Below, piece after piece: positions 30,777-42,545 of a stretch of DNA of 64,000 bases. The DNA comes from Planctomycetota bacterium (GTDB taxonomy: Bacteria > Planctomycetota > B15-G4): assembly GCA_038212275.1 (NCBI GenBank), contig JBBQUR010000019.1:34627-98626 (forward strand). The letters are read 5' to 3'. The notes under the pieces are model-generated. The model did not search any database and was not told the origin of the DNA. It saw only the letters and a program-made list of their open reading frames with translations. Position numbers and translations under genes: made by a program. Within the stretch, counting starts at the first letter, position 1. Each line of letters starts with the position of its first letter.

Positions 30777-32360
30777 ATGCAGACGACAGTATGGGTTGAT
30801 AGCGTGTTGGGTGACGATGGTAACTCCGGATCGTCGCTGCTGCCATACAGCACAATCAGCAAGGCTGCTGAAGTGGCGAAGGCAATGGGTGGCGACTACC
30901 TTATAAAGGTCATCGAAGGTGACTACACGCAGGCACATGAAATCGGCGGTGGCGCCACAACGCCCGGCTATCCCATTGTCATCGACAAGTCGGACATTCG
31001 CATCGAAGGTACAAGCACGGACTCAGCTCACTACCCCCGCTTGGGTGGCGATGTTGCTGATTCAGGAGTTGACGCAATCATTCGGATCGATGTGCCATCG
31101 GGAAGCAACCTCGTGGGGATTTCACTGAATCGACTGCATTTTGTCGGCGAAGACACTGCCGGTGAGGATGCCCCGAGTGCAATTCATGTCTACTCCGATG
31201 AGCAACGCACCCTCGCAAGTTCAGGGGCAAGCAACTGCACTATCGAGAGATCGGAGATGAACGCCTCCTTCGAGGATGGACGTCCCTCAGTGTTGTTGGA
31301 GACGGCCGGTGGAGGCAGCTTGATGCAATTCACTTTGTCGAATTGCGAGATTTGGTGCTCCAACCGGGGAGGCGCCGAGGTTCGGATCGCCACGCCGACA
31401 GGAGATCCTGGCCAGGATAATCCTCTACTCATCGTTGATGAGTGTCAGGTGTTGATCGCCGGCAACGATGATGCGATGTTCGGCTTGGGATTCACTACCG
31501 AGGAAGACAGTAACTGTACAGGTGACGCTGGCCTGAAGGCGCACTTGGTCATCATTCATTCAACTGGCGCAAGCGAAGGCCATGGGATCGAAACGGGCCT
31601 CGGCTACTGGCTGGCAGCTTCCGATGGCACGCTGGTTCACCCCTTGGCAAATCGGATATCGCGCTGCGAGATCAAGGGGTGTCTCTCGGATGCCGTCTTG
31701 GTCCATTCTCGGGAAGAGGGATCTGGAACCGTGAATATCGTGTTGCCGGAGGACGACTTTTCGTTCAACAAACTACACCACAACGGTGGCGCAGGCATCC
31801 ATCTGGATTGGGGTGAGAGCGGAGGCTACGTCAACGTGAAAACAGAGAACAACTTGATCTACAGGAATGAGTGGGGGATCTGGTATCAGGGCGTGAACGA
31901 GGACATCGACGGTCAGCTATGCGGGCATCAGTTCGAGACGATCTGCATGAACCAGAGCTACGCGTTCCGAATGGACGGCAGCGGCACTCCTTCCACCGAA
32001 ATTCCTGGGCCGTTCCTGAACAGCGTGATCGTGTGGCAGAACAATGCTGGCGGCAGCTACATCCAGAATGGTGGCACGCTGACGTGGGATCCCCAAGTGG
32101 AGGGACAGATGAAGCGGTCCTGCTGGCAGAACCTCAGTTCGCCCGTGAACCGGAATACGAACGCCAATCCGAACCTCGCCAACACCGCCAGCGACGACTA
32201 CCACCTGACCTCGTCCTCGACAACGTGCATCGACCTCGGCGACAACTACCCGGCCGGTGGACTTCCGCCATTTGACCTGGATAGGGAAGATCGGACGGTG
32301 AACGGCAACGCCGCAGACGGTGACGAGGTCGACAAGGGGTGTGACGAGTACGACCCATAA
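30777..32360 (+). CDS. Beta-helix surface protein (DUF1565-like N-terminus, choice-of-anchor-Q-like C-terminus); signal peptide interrupted upstream
   Basis: WVDSVLGDDGNSGS..PYSTISKA; C-terminal DYHL...CIDLG...DLD...VDKGCDEY. Confidence 0.7.
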   Translation: MQTTVWVDSVLGDDGNSGSSLLPYSTISKAAEVAKAMGGDYLIKVIEGDYTQAHEIGGGATTPGYPIVIDKSDIRIEGTSTDSAHYPRLGGDVADSGVDAIIRIDVPSGSNLVGISLNRLHFVGEDTAGEDAPSAIHVYSDEQRTLASSGASNCTIERSEMNASFEDGRPSVLLETAGGGSLMQFTLSNCEIWCSNRGGAEVRIATPTGDPGQDNPLLIVDECQVLIAGNDDAMFGLGFTTEEDSNCTGDAGLKAHLVIIHSTGASEGHGIETGLGYWLAASDGTLVHPLANRISRCEIKGCLSDAVLVHSREEGSGTVNIVLPEDDFSFNKLHHNGGAGIHLDWGESGGYVNVKTENNLIYRNEWGIWYQGVNEDIDGQLCGHQFETICMNQSYAFRMDGSGTPSTEIPGPFLNSVIVWQNNAGGSYIQNGGTLTWDPQVEGQMKRSCWQNLSSPVNRNTNANPNLANTASDDYHLTSSSTTCIDLGDNYPAGGLPPFDLDREDRTVNGNAADGDEVDKGCDEYDP

Positions 32361-32485
32361 GTTACGTGAGCATGTTCGACCTGAACTGAGGACTTCACCC
32401 ATGCAGGTCGGGCGATGGTGGGAATGAAATTGTGTGCTTCCGGCTTTCGTGCGGGCGCGTGATACGAGACCGCCCGCGACCCGCC

Positions 32486-33568
32486 CTACGTCTTCGCCCG
32501 CCGTCGCAACTGCCCGCAGGCCACGCCCACATCCTGACCGCGCGCGCGGCGCACCGTCGTGGTGATGCCGGCGTCCTGCAGGATGGCGGCGAGCGACTCG
32601 ACGCGCACCTGCGCCGGCGCGCGCAGCGGCATGCCGGCGATCGGGTTCCACGGAATGAGATTCACCGCGGCCGGGTAGCCTTCGAGCAGCTTCGCGAAGG
32701 CGTGCGCGTCCTCGTCGCGGTCGTTCACGCCGGCGAGCACGACGACCTCGATGGTGAGGCGGCGGCCGGTCGCGTCGAAGCGCGCGCGGGCTGCCTCCAG
32801 CGTCGCGGCGATGTCGGACATGCCGAGGCCGGGCATGAGCTGCTCGCGGCCGTCATCCGTCGGCATGTGCATGGACAGCGCGACGTTGAAGGGGATGGGC
32901 ACCTCGGCCAGTTTGGACAGAGCCTGCGGATGACCGACGGTGGACACGGTAATGCGCCGCGCGCCGATGCCCAATCCGTCGGGTGAGTTCATGATCTCGA
33001 TGGCGGCGAGCACGGCGCGCATGTTGTGAGTCGGCTCGCCGGAGCCCATGAAGACGTAGTTGGTGAGCGGCTGGTCGGGGCGCAGCTCGCGTGCGAGCAG
33101 CACCTGCTCCACGATTTCACCGCTGGAAAGATTGCGAAGGAGGCCGTTCTCGCCGCTGGCGCAGAAGGCGCAGCGCACGGCGCAGCCCACCTGGCTGGAG
33201 ATGCACAGCGTGTGGCGCTCGCCCTCGGGGATGGAGACCGACTCCAGGATCTGGCCGTCGTCGAGTCGCGTGAGGATGCCGAGCGTGCCGTCGGAGCTGG
33301 CGTGCGTGCGCTCCAGCGCGCCGCGGCGCACGCGGAAGCGCGTGGCGAGCTCGGCGCGCAACGCGAGCGAAAGATCCGTCATCGCGTCGAAGGAGGACAC
33401 GCCGCGCTGCAGCACCCAGCGCCGCACGAGCCCCGGCGTGAAGCGCCGCGCGCCGGGGATCTCCGCGATGACGTCCCAGCCGGAGAGCGGCAGGTCAGTG
33501 AGAGCTGGCAGCGCGGACGCGGGAGCGGCCGGCTCCCCGTCCTGCGGCGGTGGGGCCGCGTCGGCCAC
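32486..33568 (-). CDS. rlmN: Dual-specificity 23S rRNA (A2503)/tRNA C2-methyltransferase RlmN
   Basis: CISSQVGCAVRCAFC, FMGSGEP, ITVST, ACGQL. Confidence 0.92.
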   Translation of the reverse strand: MADAAPPPQDGEPAAPASALPALTDLPLSGWDVIAEIPGARRFTPGLVRRWVLQRGVSSFDAMTDLSLALRAELATRFRVRRGALERTHASSDGTLGILTRLDDGQILESVSIPEGERHTLCISSQVGCAVRCAFCASGENGLLRNLSSGEIVEQVLLARELRPDQPLTNYVFMGSGEPTHNMRAVLAAIEIMNSPDGLGIGARRITVSTVGHPQALSKLAEVPIPFNVALSMHMPTDDGREQLMPGLGMSDIAATLEAARARFDATGRRLTIEVVVLAGVNDRDEDAHAFAKLLEGYPAAVNLIPWNPIAGMPLRAPAQVRVESLAAILQDAGITTTVRRARGQDVGVACGQLRRRAKT

Positions 33569-33576
33569 GTCGCGGC

Positions 33577-34896
<1,320 letters not shown>

Positions 34897-34937
34897 GCGG
34901 GACCTGTCTGCGTGGGGCGGGAACCGGCCGCCTGTGC

Positions 34938-35540
34938 TCAGGCATTCTGGACCGGATGGATGATCTCGTCCACGATGCCGTATTCCTTGGCCTGCTCGGC
35001 GTCCATGTAACGGTCGCGATCGGTGTCCTTCTCGATCTTCTTGAGCGGCTGGCCGGTGTGCTTGGCGATGATCTCGTTGAGCGAGTGCTTCAGCTTGAGG
35101 ATCTCGTCGGCCTGGATACGGATGTCCGCCGCCGTGCCGCCCGCGCCGCCCCAGGGCTGGTGGATCATGACCCGGCTGTGCGGAAGGATGTGCCGCTTGC
35201 CCTTGGTGCCGGCCATGAGCAGCAAAGCGCCCATGCTGGCCGCCTGGCCGATGCAGAAGGTCGCCACCTTGCACTGCACGTGCTGCATGGCGTCGTAGAT
35301 CGCGAGGCCCGCCGTGACGGAGCCGCCCGGCGAGTTGACGTAGATGTTCACGTCCTGGCTGCGATTCTCCGTCTCCAGAAAGAGCAGCTGCGCGACCACC
35401 GCGTTGGCGACGTGGTCGTCGATCGCCGTGCCGATGAAGACGATGCGGTCCTCGAGCAGGCGGCTGTAGATGTCGTAGGCCCGCTCGCCGCGCCCCGTCT
35501 TCTCGATGACATACGGGATCGGGTAATAGGCGCTGGCCAT
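34938..35540 (-). CDS. clpP: ATP-dependent Clp protease proteolytic subunit
   Basis: [25 protein letters not shown]. Confidence 0.97.
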   Translation of the reverse strand: MASAYYPIPYVIEKTGRGERAYDIYSRLLEDRIVFIGTAIDDHVANAVVAQLLFLETENRSQDVNIYVNSPGGSVTAGLAIYDAMQHVQCKVATFCIGQAASMGALLLMAGTKGKRHILPHSRVMIHQPWGGAGGTAADIRIQADEILKLKHSLNEIIAKHTGQPLKKIEKDTDRDRYMDAEQAKEYGIVDEIIHPVQNA

Positions 35541-35664
35541 GCTCGACGACTCCTGGAATCGGGGGGTGTGCGGCGGATGCGTTGGGTGCGGCCTGTGCCG
35601 CCTGCCTTGCATGATCGGCCCCGACCGGGGCGCGACCAAGGGCATTCCTCTCATAGCTCTTCGG

Positions 35665-37014
35665 TCAGGAGCCGGCTGCGGCTCCGGCTCCCGCGGCGGG
35701 CGGGGGCGGCGGGACTTCGGTGACCTTCGCCTTGGCGCGCAACCATTCGCGCGTCTTGGCCTCGGTCACCTGCGCGGCCACGTCGTTGAGCCAGCCCTCC
35801 TTGCGCGCCTCGGCCAGGAGCGCGGCCGGGTCCTGCTGCTGGGTGCGGGCCAGCTCCACGACCTGCGACTCGGCCTCTTCCAGCGTGGCGGCCAGCTCCT
35901 GCTCGCGGGCGATGCGCGCCAGCAGGAAGGAGGCGTGCAGTGCCCGCACCGTCCCGGTGGTGATGCGCTCGCGCTCGGCCTCGGCGCGGGCGTGGCCGGC
36001 CTCGGCGTCCAGGCCCTGCTCCTCCATGAGCTTGTGGGCCACCTCGTGGATGCGGCGATCGATGGCGCGCGCCAGCATGGCGGACGGCAGCTCCACCGGG
36101 TGCTGCTCCACCAGCCAGGTCTCCAGCGCCCGGTCGATGGACTCGTCGCGGAAGCGCACGCGCTGGATCTGCAGCTGCTCGCGGATGCGGTCGCGCAGCT
36201 CCAGCTCCGTGGTCACGCCGGCGCGCGAGAGCAGCTCCTCGGTCAGCGGGGGGACCACCATGAGGCGGTGCTGGTCGATGGTGATGGCGAGCGAGGCGCT
36301 CTTGCCGCCCAGTTCGGCCGGCTGGAAGTGCGCCGGCAGCTCCGCCTGCAGCGTGACGCTGTCGCCCAGCTTCGCGCCGTGGAAGACCGCGCCGGAGTCC
36401 GGGACCTGCATGCCGTCCACGATGTGGTGCTTGGGGAACACCGGGCGTTCGGTGCGGGGCTCCAGCGCGGTGCCGTCCACCGTGTAGACGATGGTGCAGC
36501 CCAGGACCGAGTCGTCGGAGATGGGCGCGTCGTCGGCGGCGGGCTCCAGCGTGGCGCCCTGCTGCTGGAAGCGGCGCACCTCGGCCTCGACCATGGCCTC
36601 ATCCACGTCGGCCAGCGTGATGGTGACCGGGATGTCCTCCAGGGCTTTCAGCTCGATGTCGGGCGCGACCTCCACGGAGAGCGTGAAGGTGAACGGGCCG
36701 GAGTCCTCGTCGTTGAGCAGGTCGAGCTTCAGCTCGGGCTGGCCGACCGGCACGAGCTTGTGCTCCTGCACGGCTTCCTGGAAGGCGCGCGACATGACGG
36801 CCTGGCGGGCTTCGTTGGCGGCGGCCTTGCCGTGGGTCTTGCGCACGAGCGCCAGCGGCGTGTGGCCGGGGCGGAAGCCCTTGAAGTTGGCCCGCTGGGC
36901 CAGGGCGGCGAGGCGACGTTCGACCTCGGCGTCGAGCGCCGCGCGGTCCACGGTGAAGGCGAGGGTGCGCTGGCAGGGGCCGTCAACGCTCAGGGTGCAG
37001 GACATGGCTGCCAT
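35665..37014 (-). CDS. tig: Trigger factor
   Basis: GFRPGHTP ribosome-binding signature; tig-clpP-clpX synteny. Confidence 0.88.
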   Translation of the reverse strand: MAAMSCTLSVDGPCQRTLAFTVDRAALDAEVERRLAALAQRANFKGFRPGHTPLALVRKTHGKAAANEARQAVMSRAFQEAVQEHKLVPVGQPELKLDLLNDEDSGPFTFTLSVEVAPDIELKALEDIPVTITLADVDEAMVEAEVRRFQQQGATLEPAADDAPISDDSVLGCTIVYTVDGTALEPRTERPVFPKHHIVDGMQVPDSGAVFHGAKLGDSVTLQAELPAHFQPAELGGKSASLAITIDQHRLMVVPPLTEELLSRAGVTTELELRDRIREQLQIQRVRFRDESIDRALETWLVEQHPVELPSAMLARAIDRRIHEVAHKLMEEQGLDAEAGHARAEAERERITTGTVRALHASFLLARIAREQELAATLEEAESQVVELARTQQQDPAALLAEARKEGWLNDVAAQVTEAKTREWLRAKAKVTEVPPPPPAAGAGAAAGS

Positions 37015-37186
37015 CCGACGGGGTGAAAAGGAGGCCCATCGTCCCCCGTAGCGTGCAGTCGTATCAAGAGGCGATCGAAGACGGTGCGCGCGGGCTCGAG
37101 TCCGGAGGCGGGACCCGCATGCTCCGGCCGGCGGCCCGCTGTGATTCAGTGGCGGCGAGCCGAGGGGCCTTTCTAGAATCGCCGGG

Positions 37187-38692
37187 ATGGACGCGCCCGC
37201 AGAAGGAACTGGTGAGCGAGCCGATGAGCGCATGCTCAAGCTGGAGCGACTCCGGGCTGCCGGCGCGTCGCCCTACCCCGCGGGCATGACGCTCCCGGAC
37301 CCGCCGCGCGCCACCGTTTCCGCGGTGCTGGCCGGGAACGACCCCGATGCGCCGACGCGGGCCACCGTCACCGTGGCCGGGCGGGTCACCGCCCGCCGCG
37401 ACCACGGCAAGAGCCTCTTCCTGGACCTGCGCGACGACAGCGGCCGCATCCAGGTCTACATGCAGGCCAAGGTGCTGGGCGAGGCCGCCTGGGACCTGCT
37501 GCTCGGTGCGCTGGACCTCGGCGACTTCCTCGCGGTGCGCGGTGAGCTGGGCCGCACGAGAATGGGCGAGGTCACGATCTTCGCTGGAGCCTGCGAGCTG
37601 CTGACCAAGAGCCTCGCCACGCCGCCGGCCGAGTGGTACGGCCTGGCCGACGTCGAGACGCGCTACCGCCAGCGCTACGTGGACCTCATCGCCAATCCGC
37701 CCAGCATGGCGCGCTTCCGTGCGCGCTCGGCCATCGTCGCGGACGTGCGCAGCTTCCTGCAGGCGCGCGGCTTCCTCGAGGTGGAGACGCCGCTGCTGCA
37801 CTCCATCGCGGGCGGGGCGGCGGCGCGGCCGTTCATCACGCACCACAACACGCTCGACATGGACCTCTTCCTGCGCATCGCGCCGGAGCTGTATCTCAAG
37901 CGGCTGCTCGTGGGCGGCTTCGAGCGCGTCTTCGAGATCGGCCGGAACTTCCGCAACGAGGGCCTCTCGCCGCGCCACAACCCGGAGTTCACCATGTGCG
38001 AGGCCTACCTCGCCTACGGTCGCGCGGCGGACTGGATCCGGTTGGTGGAGGAACTGCTGCCGGCTCTCGTCGTCGCGCACGCGACCGTGCCGGAGGGCAA
38101 GGAGGCGCCGGGCGGCACGCGCGTCTGGCGCGGCGAGGAGCTGCTGGACTTCAGCGCGCCGTTCGCGCAGCTCACCTACGCCGGATCCATCGCGCAGCAC
38201 ACGGGTTGCGACATCTTCGACGCCGCGTCGCGGGCGGCCGTGCGCCGCACGCACGACGTGCCGGCCAACGTGTCGGACGCAAACCTCGCAGACTTCCTGT
38301 TCAGTGCGTACGTCGAGCCCAAGCTGCGCAACCCGACCTTCGTCACGGACTTCCCCATCGAGATGAGCCCGCTTGCCAAGGTCTCGCCCGACGACCCGCG
38401 TGTCGCCGAGCGCTTCGAGCTCTACGTCGCCGGCATGGAGCTGGCCAACGCCTTCTCCGAGCTCAACGATCCGAACGAGCAGCTCCAGCGCTTCGAAGCG
38501 CAGGTGGCCAGCAAGGACCCGGAGCTGCCCGGCGAGGTGGACCACGACTACGTCACGGCGCTGCGCTACGGCATGCCGCCCGCGGCGGGCATCGGCATCG
38601 GCGTGGACCGCCTCGCGATGCTGCTCACGGGCGCGGAGTCCATCCGCGACGTGATCCTGTTCCCGCTGCTCCGCCCGGCCGGCGGGCGCTGA
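37187..38692 (+). CDS. lysS: Lysine--tRNA ligase (class II)
   Basis: RYRQRYVDL, GGAAARPF, RIAPELYLKRL, FRNEG, YGMPP. Confidence 0.97.
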   Translation: MDAPAEGTGERADERMLKLERLRAAGASPYPAGMTLPDPPRATVSAVLAGNDPDAPTRATVTVAGRVTARRDHGKSLFLDLRDDSGRIQVYMQAKVLGEAAWDLLLGALDLGDFLAVRGELGRTRMGEVTIFAGACELLTKSLATPPAEWYGLADVETRYRQRYVDLIANPPSMARFRARSAIVADVRSFLQARGFLEVETPLLHSIAGGAAARPFITHHNTLDMDLFLRIAPELYLKRLLVGGFERVFEIGRNFRNEGLSPRHNPEFTMCEAYLAYGRAADWIRLVEELLPALVVAHATVPEGKEAPGGTRVWRGEELLDFSAPFAQLTYAGSIAQHTGCDIFDAASRAAVRRTHDVPANVSDANLADFLFSAYVEPKLRNPTFVTDFPIEMSPLAKVSPDDPRVAERFELYVAGMELANAFSELNDPNEQLQRFEAQVASKDPELPGEVDHDYVTALRYGMPPAAGIGIGVDRLAMLLTGAESIRDVILFPLLRPAGGR

Positions 38693-38693
38693 G

Positions 38694-40049
38694 GTGTTCC
38701 GGCTCTTCCTCGCCAGTCGCTACATGCTGGCGCGACCCGTGAGCTACCTGGCGATGTGCGCGATCGCGGTCGCGGTCATGGCGCTCATCACGGTGATCTC
38801 GGTGATGAACGGCTTCCTCATGGAGACGCGCCACATCGTGCGCGGCACGACCGCCGACATCATCGTGCTGCCGCGGCAGGACCCGGCGGTGAACGTCACG
38901 GCCTCGCGCGAGGCCTTCGAGGCCATCGTCGCGGCGCACCCGGAGGTGGCCGGCGTGTGCGCGCGGCTCGTGCGGCCCGCGGTGGTCAAGGTGCACGGCA
39001 CGACGAACACGAGCCTCGGCGACTCGATCTTCTCGTCGCTGAACCAGGTGCTGGTGCTGGGCATCGACCCCGTGGCGGAAGGCCCGGTGACGGATCTCAC
39101 GCACTACCTCGAGCCCGTCGGCGGCAAGGACAACCGCGACATCGAGGTCACCGACAGGAGCCAGCCTTTCCTGCTGGACCGGCGCGAGATCGCCGACGGG
39201 TCGCTGCGCAACGCGGGGCTGCCGCACGTGCTCGTCGGCGAGCCGCGCATGCGGACGCTCAATCTCTCGCGCGGCGATGCGCTCGAGATGGTGACCGTGC
39301 CCGAGGGCTCGGCCCTCGAGAACCAGAGCATCCGCGCGACGACGCAGACCTTCGTGATCTCCGGCACCTTCGAGACCGGCAAGCACGACTTCGACATGGG
39401 CACCGTCTTCGTGCCGCGCGACGACTTCCGCGCGTGGACCGGCACGAAGCAGCAGTTCTCGGAGCTCTACGTGCGCTGCAAGGACGGCGCCGATCTGGCG
39501 CGCGTGCGCGACGAGCTGAAGTCGGCCTTCAACCGCGCGCGCCTCGCTGCCACCGTCGAGACCTGGATGGACCGGCACTCCGTCTACCTCGGCGCGGTGG
39601 AGAACGAACGCAACATCCTGGGCTTCGTGCTCGCGCTCTTCGTGCTGCTCACCTGCACGATCACCTTCTCCATGCTCACGATGATGGTGCAGGAGAAGGT
39701 GCGCGACATCGGCATCCTCTCGGCGATGGGGGCCGGAGCGGGAGGCATCGGCGCGGTCTTCGCGCTGTGCGGCCTCTACGTCGCGGGGCTGGGCGGCGTG
39801 CTCGGCCTGCTGCTGGGCGAGCTGCTTTCCAGCAAGATCAATGTCGTGAAGGACTGGATCGAGAGCACCTTCGACATCCAGATCTTCAATCGCGACGTGT
39901 ACGCCTTCACCGAGATCCCGACCTCGATCCACCACGAGCTCAACGTGGCGATCGTGGTCGGCACGGCGTGCTTCTCGGTGTTCATCTGCCTGCTTCCGGC
40001 GCTGCGGGCGGCGCGCATGGACCCGGTGGAGGCGCTGCGCCATGAGTGA
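38694..40049 (+). CDS. lolC: Lipoprotein-releasing ABC transporter permease LolC/E
   Basis: [37 protein letters not shown]. Confidence 0.88.
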   Translation: MFRLFLASRYMLARPVSYLAMCAIAVAVMALITVISVMNGFLMETRHIVRGTTADIIVLPRQDPAVNVTASREAFEAIVAAHPEVAGVCARLVRPAVVKVHGTTNTSLGDSIFSSLNQVLVLGIDPVAEGPVTDLTHYLEPVGGKDNRDIEVTDRSQPFLLDRREIADGSLRNAGLPHVLVGEPRMRTLNLSRGDALEMVTVPEGSALENQSIRATTQTFVISGTFETGKHDFDMGTVFVPRDDFRAWTGTKQQFSELYVRCKDGADLARVRDELKSAFNRARLAATVETWMDRHSVYLGAVENERNILGFVLALFVLLTCTITFSMLTMMVQEKVRDIGILSAMGAGAGGIGAVFALCGLYVAGLGGVLGLLLGELLSSKINVVKDWIESTFDIQIFNRDVYAFTEIPTSIHHELNVAIVVGTACFSVFICLLPALRAARMDPVEALRHE

Positions 40050-40821
40050 CACGGATGCGCTGCCCGCCGAGGCGTTCGCGCCGCTGGTCGAGGCGCCACC
40101 CCGCAAGCCGCGCGGCCCGGTGGTTCTCGCGGCACGCGACCTGACGCGCCGCTACCGCATGGGGCAGGAGACCATCGAGGTCCTGCGCGGCGCGAGCCTC
40201 GACCTGCACGCCGGAGAGTCCGTCGCCATCATGGGGCGGTCGGGCGCAGGCAAGAGCACGCTGCTGCATCTGCTCGGCCTCCTCGACCGGCCCGACAGCG
40301 GCAGCCTGCGCATCGACGGCGTCGAGAGCGCCGGACTCTCGCGGGCCGCGCGCGCGCGGCTCCGCAATGCGTCGGTGGGCTTCGTCTTCCAGTTCTACCA
40401 CCTGCTGCCGGAGCTGTCGGCGCTCGAGAACGCGATGCTGCCGCGCATGATCTCGCACGGCCCGCTGGAGTGGTTCTCGGAGCGCCGCGAGGCGCGCGAG
40501 CATGCACTGGCGCTGCTCGATGAACTCGGCCTCGCGTCGCGCGCACGTCACCGCCCGGCCAAGCTCTCCGGCGGCGAGCGCCAGCGCGTGGCCATCGCGC
40601 GCGCCCTCGTCGGGCGCCCGCGGCTGCTCCTCTGCGACGAGCCCACCGGCAACCTCGACGAGCGCACGAGCGCCGTCATCGCCGATCAGCTCTTCGCTCT
40701 GTCCGCGCGGCACGGGCACACCCTGGTGCTCGTCACCCACGATGCGGAGCTTGCCGGCCGGGCCGACCGGACGCTGCTGCTGCACGAGGGGCGGCTGGAC
40801 CTGCCCCAAGGGCAGTCGTAG
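40042..40821 (+). CDS. lolD: Lipoprotein-releasing ABC transporter ATPase
   Basis: [34 protein letters not shown]. Confidence 0.9.
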   Translation: MSDTDALPAEAFAPLVEAPPRKPRGPVVLAARDLTRRYRMGQETIEVLRGASLDLHAGESVAIMGRSGAGKSTLLHLLGLLDRPDSGSLRIDGVESAGLSRAARARLRNASVGFVFQFYHLLPELSALENAMLPRMISHGPLEWFSERREAREHALALLDELGLASRARHRPAKLSGGERQRVAIARALVGRPRLLLCDEPTGNLDERTSAVIADQLFALSARHGHTLVLVTHDAELAGRADRTLLLHEGRLDLPQGQS

Positions 40822-40828
40822 CGGCCCG

Positions 40829-40857
40829 CTCAACTCATCCCGGGCTGCGGTCGAAGT
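40829..40857 (+). promoter_or_regulatory. sigma28-like promoter motif
   Basis: CTCAAC-N15-GTCGAAGT, 7 nt before the ATG at 40865. Confidence 0.55.
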
Positions 40858-40864
40858 CGCGTCC

Positions 40865-41443
40865 ATGGCCGCCCGGAGTCCGTTCCAGAATCAGCCTCGC
40901 TGGCGCCAGGCGCTGCCGCTCACGGCGGTGATGGGGCTCGGCGTCGTCGTGTCGCTCATGGGTGTCGTGGGCCCCACACCGTCCGCATCCGGCGGCGACG
41001 ACCTGTGCATGTCCGTGCTGGCGGATCACTCCCGGCTGCGTTTCGCGGTCAAGGCCTTCATGCACGACACGCACGTGTCTCCGTCGGCGAGCTTCGACCT
41101 CAGCGCGGGTGTGCCGAGCGCGCTCTCCGATGCGCGGCTCGTGCCGTTCGCGCGGCAGGAGACCTGGCGCGGGCCGTATCTCGAGCCCGGCCTCTCGCAT
41201 CCGACGCCCGCCAGCTTCTGGAGTCTTGCCGACCCGGGCGTGACCGATGGTCTGGACGCAGACCCGGGCCCCGCCGTGTGGGCCCGCCTCCACCGCGGCT
41301 ACGGCGAGATCGACGATGCGACGGCGCTCTCCGTCGACCAGGCGCTGGACGACGGCGATCCGGGCCGAGGCACCGTGCAGATCACCGGCACGTGGATCTG
41401 GTTCCGACTCGCGGATCTCGCCGCGCCGCCCGCCGCCCGCTGA
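40865..41443 (+). CDS. Pilin/pseudopilin-like membrane-anchored protein with degenerate prepilin N-terminus
   Basis: N-terminal hydrophobic helix, WRGPYLE (GspG-like), VDQALDDGDPGRGTV. Confidence 0.55.
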   Translation: MAARSPFQNQPRWRQALPLTAVMGLGVVVSLMGVVGPTPSASGGDDLCMSVLADHSRLRFAVKAFMHDTHVSPSASFDLSAGVPSALSDARLVPFARQETWRGPYLEPGLSHPTPASFWSLADPGVTDGLDADPGPAVWARLHRGYGEIDDATALSVDQALDDGDPGRGTVQITGTWIWFRLADLAAPPAAR

Positions 41444-41488
41444 GCAGACGCTTCACTCGCGCCGGCGCACGCGGCAGACTGGTCCGCC

Positions 41489-42478
41489 GTGCCGAACCCA
41501 CCGGAGAGCTGCCGTCGTCCGCGCGCCGCCTCGCGGCACCGCGCGTGGGAAGGCGCGTGGCACGGCACGTGGGGCCGCGCATGGCGGGCGCTGCTTTGCG
41601 GCGCCGGGCCGCTGCTGCTCGTCGCGAGCGCCGCGTTCGCGCTGCCCGCGTGCAGCGCGACGGGTTCGGAGCGCGAGCCTGCGCATCGCGTCGTGCCGCC
41701 CGACTACACGGGCCACCTGCAGGTGTGGTGGGCCGACGACCGCTTGCGCGAGGAGGGCGACTATCGCGATGGCCGCCGCCATGGCCACGTGCGCGGCTAC
41801 CATCCCGACGGCAACCTCGCCTTCGATGGCAACTTCTCCGACGGCGTGCCGACCGGCCAGCTCGACCAGCACGACCCGGACGGCGCGCTTGCCATCCGCG
41901 AGACGCTGAGCGACGGCACGCTGCAGGGCCCGCGCACCGAGTTCTTTCCCGACGGCAGCGTGTCGAGCACGGTGCAGATCGTCGACGGCCTCGCGCAGGG
42001 TGAACTGCTGCGCTACCACCCCGATGGCACGCTCGCCCTGCGCGGCAGCTACGACCGCGGCACGCCCAGCGGCCGCTGGGAGCAGTTCGGCGAGCAGGGC
42101 GCTCGTCTCGTCGAAACGTGGTACTGGCAGGCGGACGGCGCGAGCGCCGGCTACCTCGAGACCGACTTCGATACCGAGGGCCGCGTGTCGGTACAGACGC
42201 GTATGCTGCTGCAGGGCGACACGTGGTTGGGGAGAGTCACCGTCTGGTATCCCAACGGCACGCAGGCGGGGCTCATCGAGACCGTGAACGGCCTGCGCCA
42301 CGGGCGCGACGTCGCGTGGGACGGCGCGGGGCGCAAGCGCGCGGAGGGCCGTCGCGCCGACGACCTGCGCGAGGGCCGCTGGACCTTCTGGGACGAGCGC
42401 GGCTTCGTCGAACGCAGCGTGGATTACGTCGCCGACAAGCCGCTGGGAGTCGAGCCGGCCGTCACGCCTGCCGGGTGA
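41489..42478 (+). CDS. MORN-variant repeat (YwqK-like) lipoprotein
   Basis: Lipobox-like LPAC; repeated YHPDG/FPDG/YPNG...G.Y..G...G units. Confidence 0.8.
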   Translation: MPNPPESCRRPRAASRHRAWEGAWHGTWGRAWRALLCGAGPLLLVASAAFALPACSATGSEREPAHRVVPPDYTGHLQVWWADDRLREEGDYRDGRRHGHVRGYHPDGNLAFDGNFSDGVPTGQLDQHDPDGALAIRETLSDGTLQGPRTEFFPDGSVSSTVQIVDGLAQGELLRYHPDGTLALRGSYDRGTPSGRWEQFGEQGARLVETWYWQADGASAGYLETDFDTEGRVSVQTRMLLQGDTWLGRVTVWYPNGTQAGLIETVNGLRHGRDVAWDGAGRKRAEGRRADDLREGRWTFWDERGFVERSVDYVADKPLGVEPAVTPAG

Positions 42479-42545
42479 CCGCTTGCCCGGCACGCGGCCG
42501 GGCCTATTCTCTCTGGCTCGACCGTCGCCTCCGGAGTGAGTTGCC

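Noticed and set aside
41489..42478. Toxin-antitoxin system (YwqK antitoxin label)
   Set aside because: Only generic MORN-variant repeats on a lipoprotein; no adjacent toxin gene.
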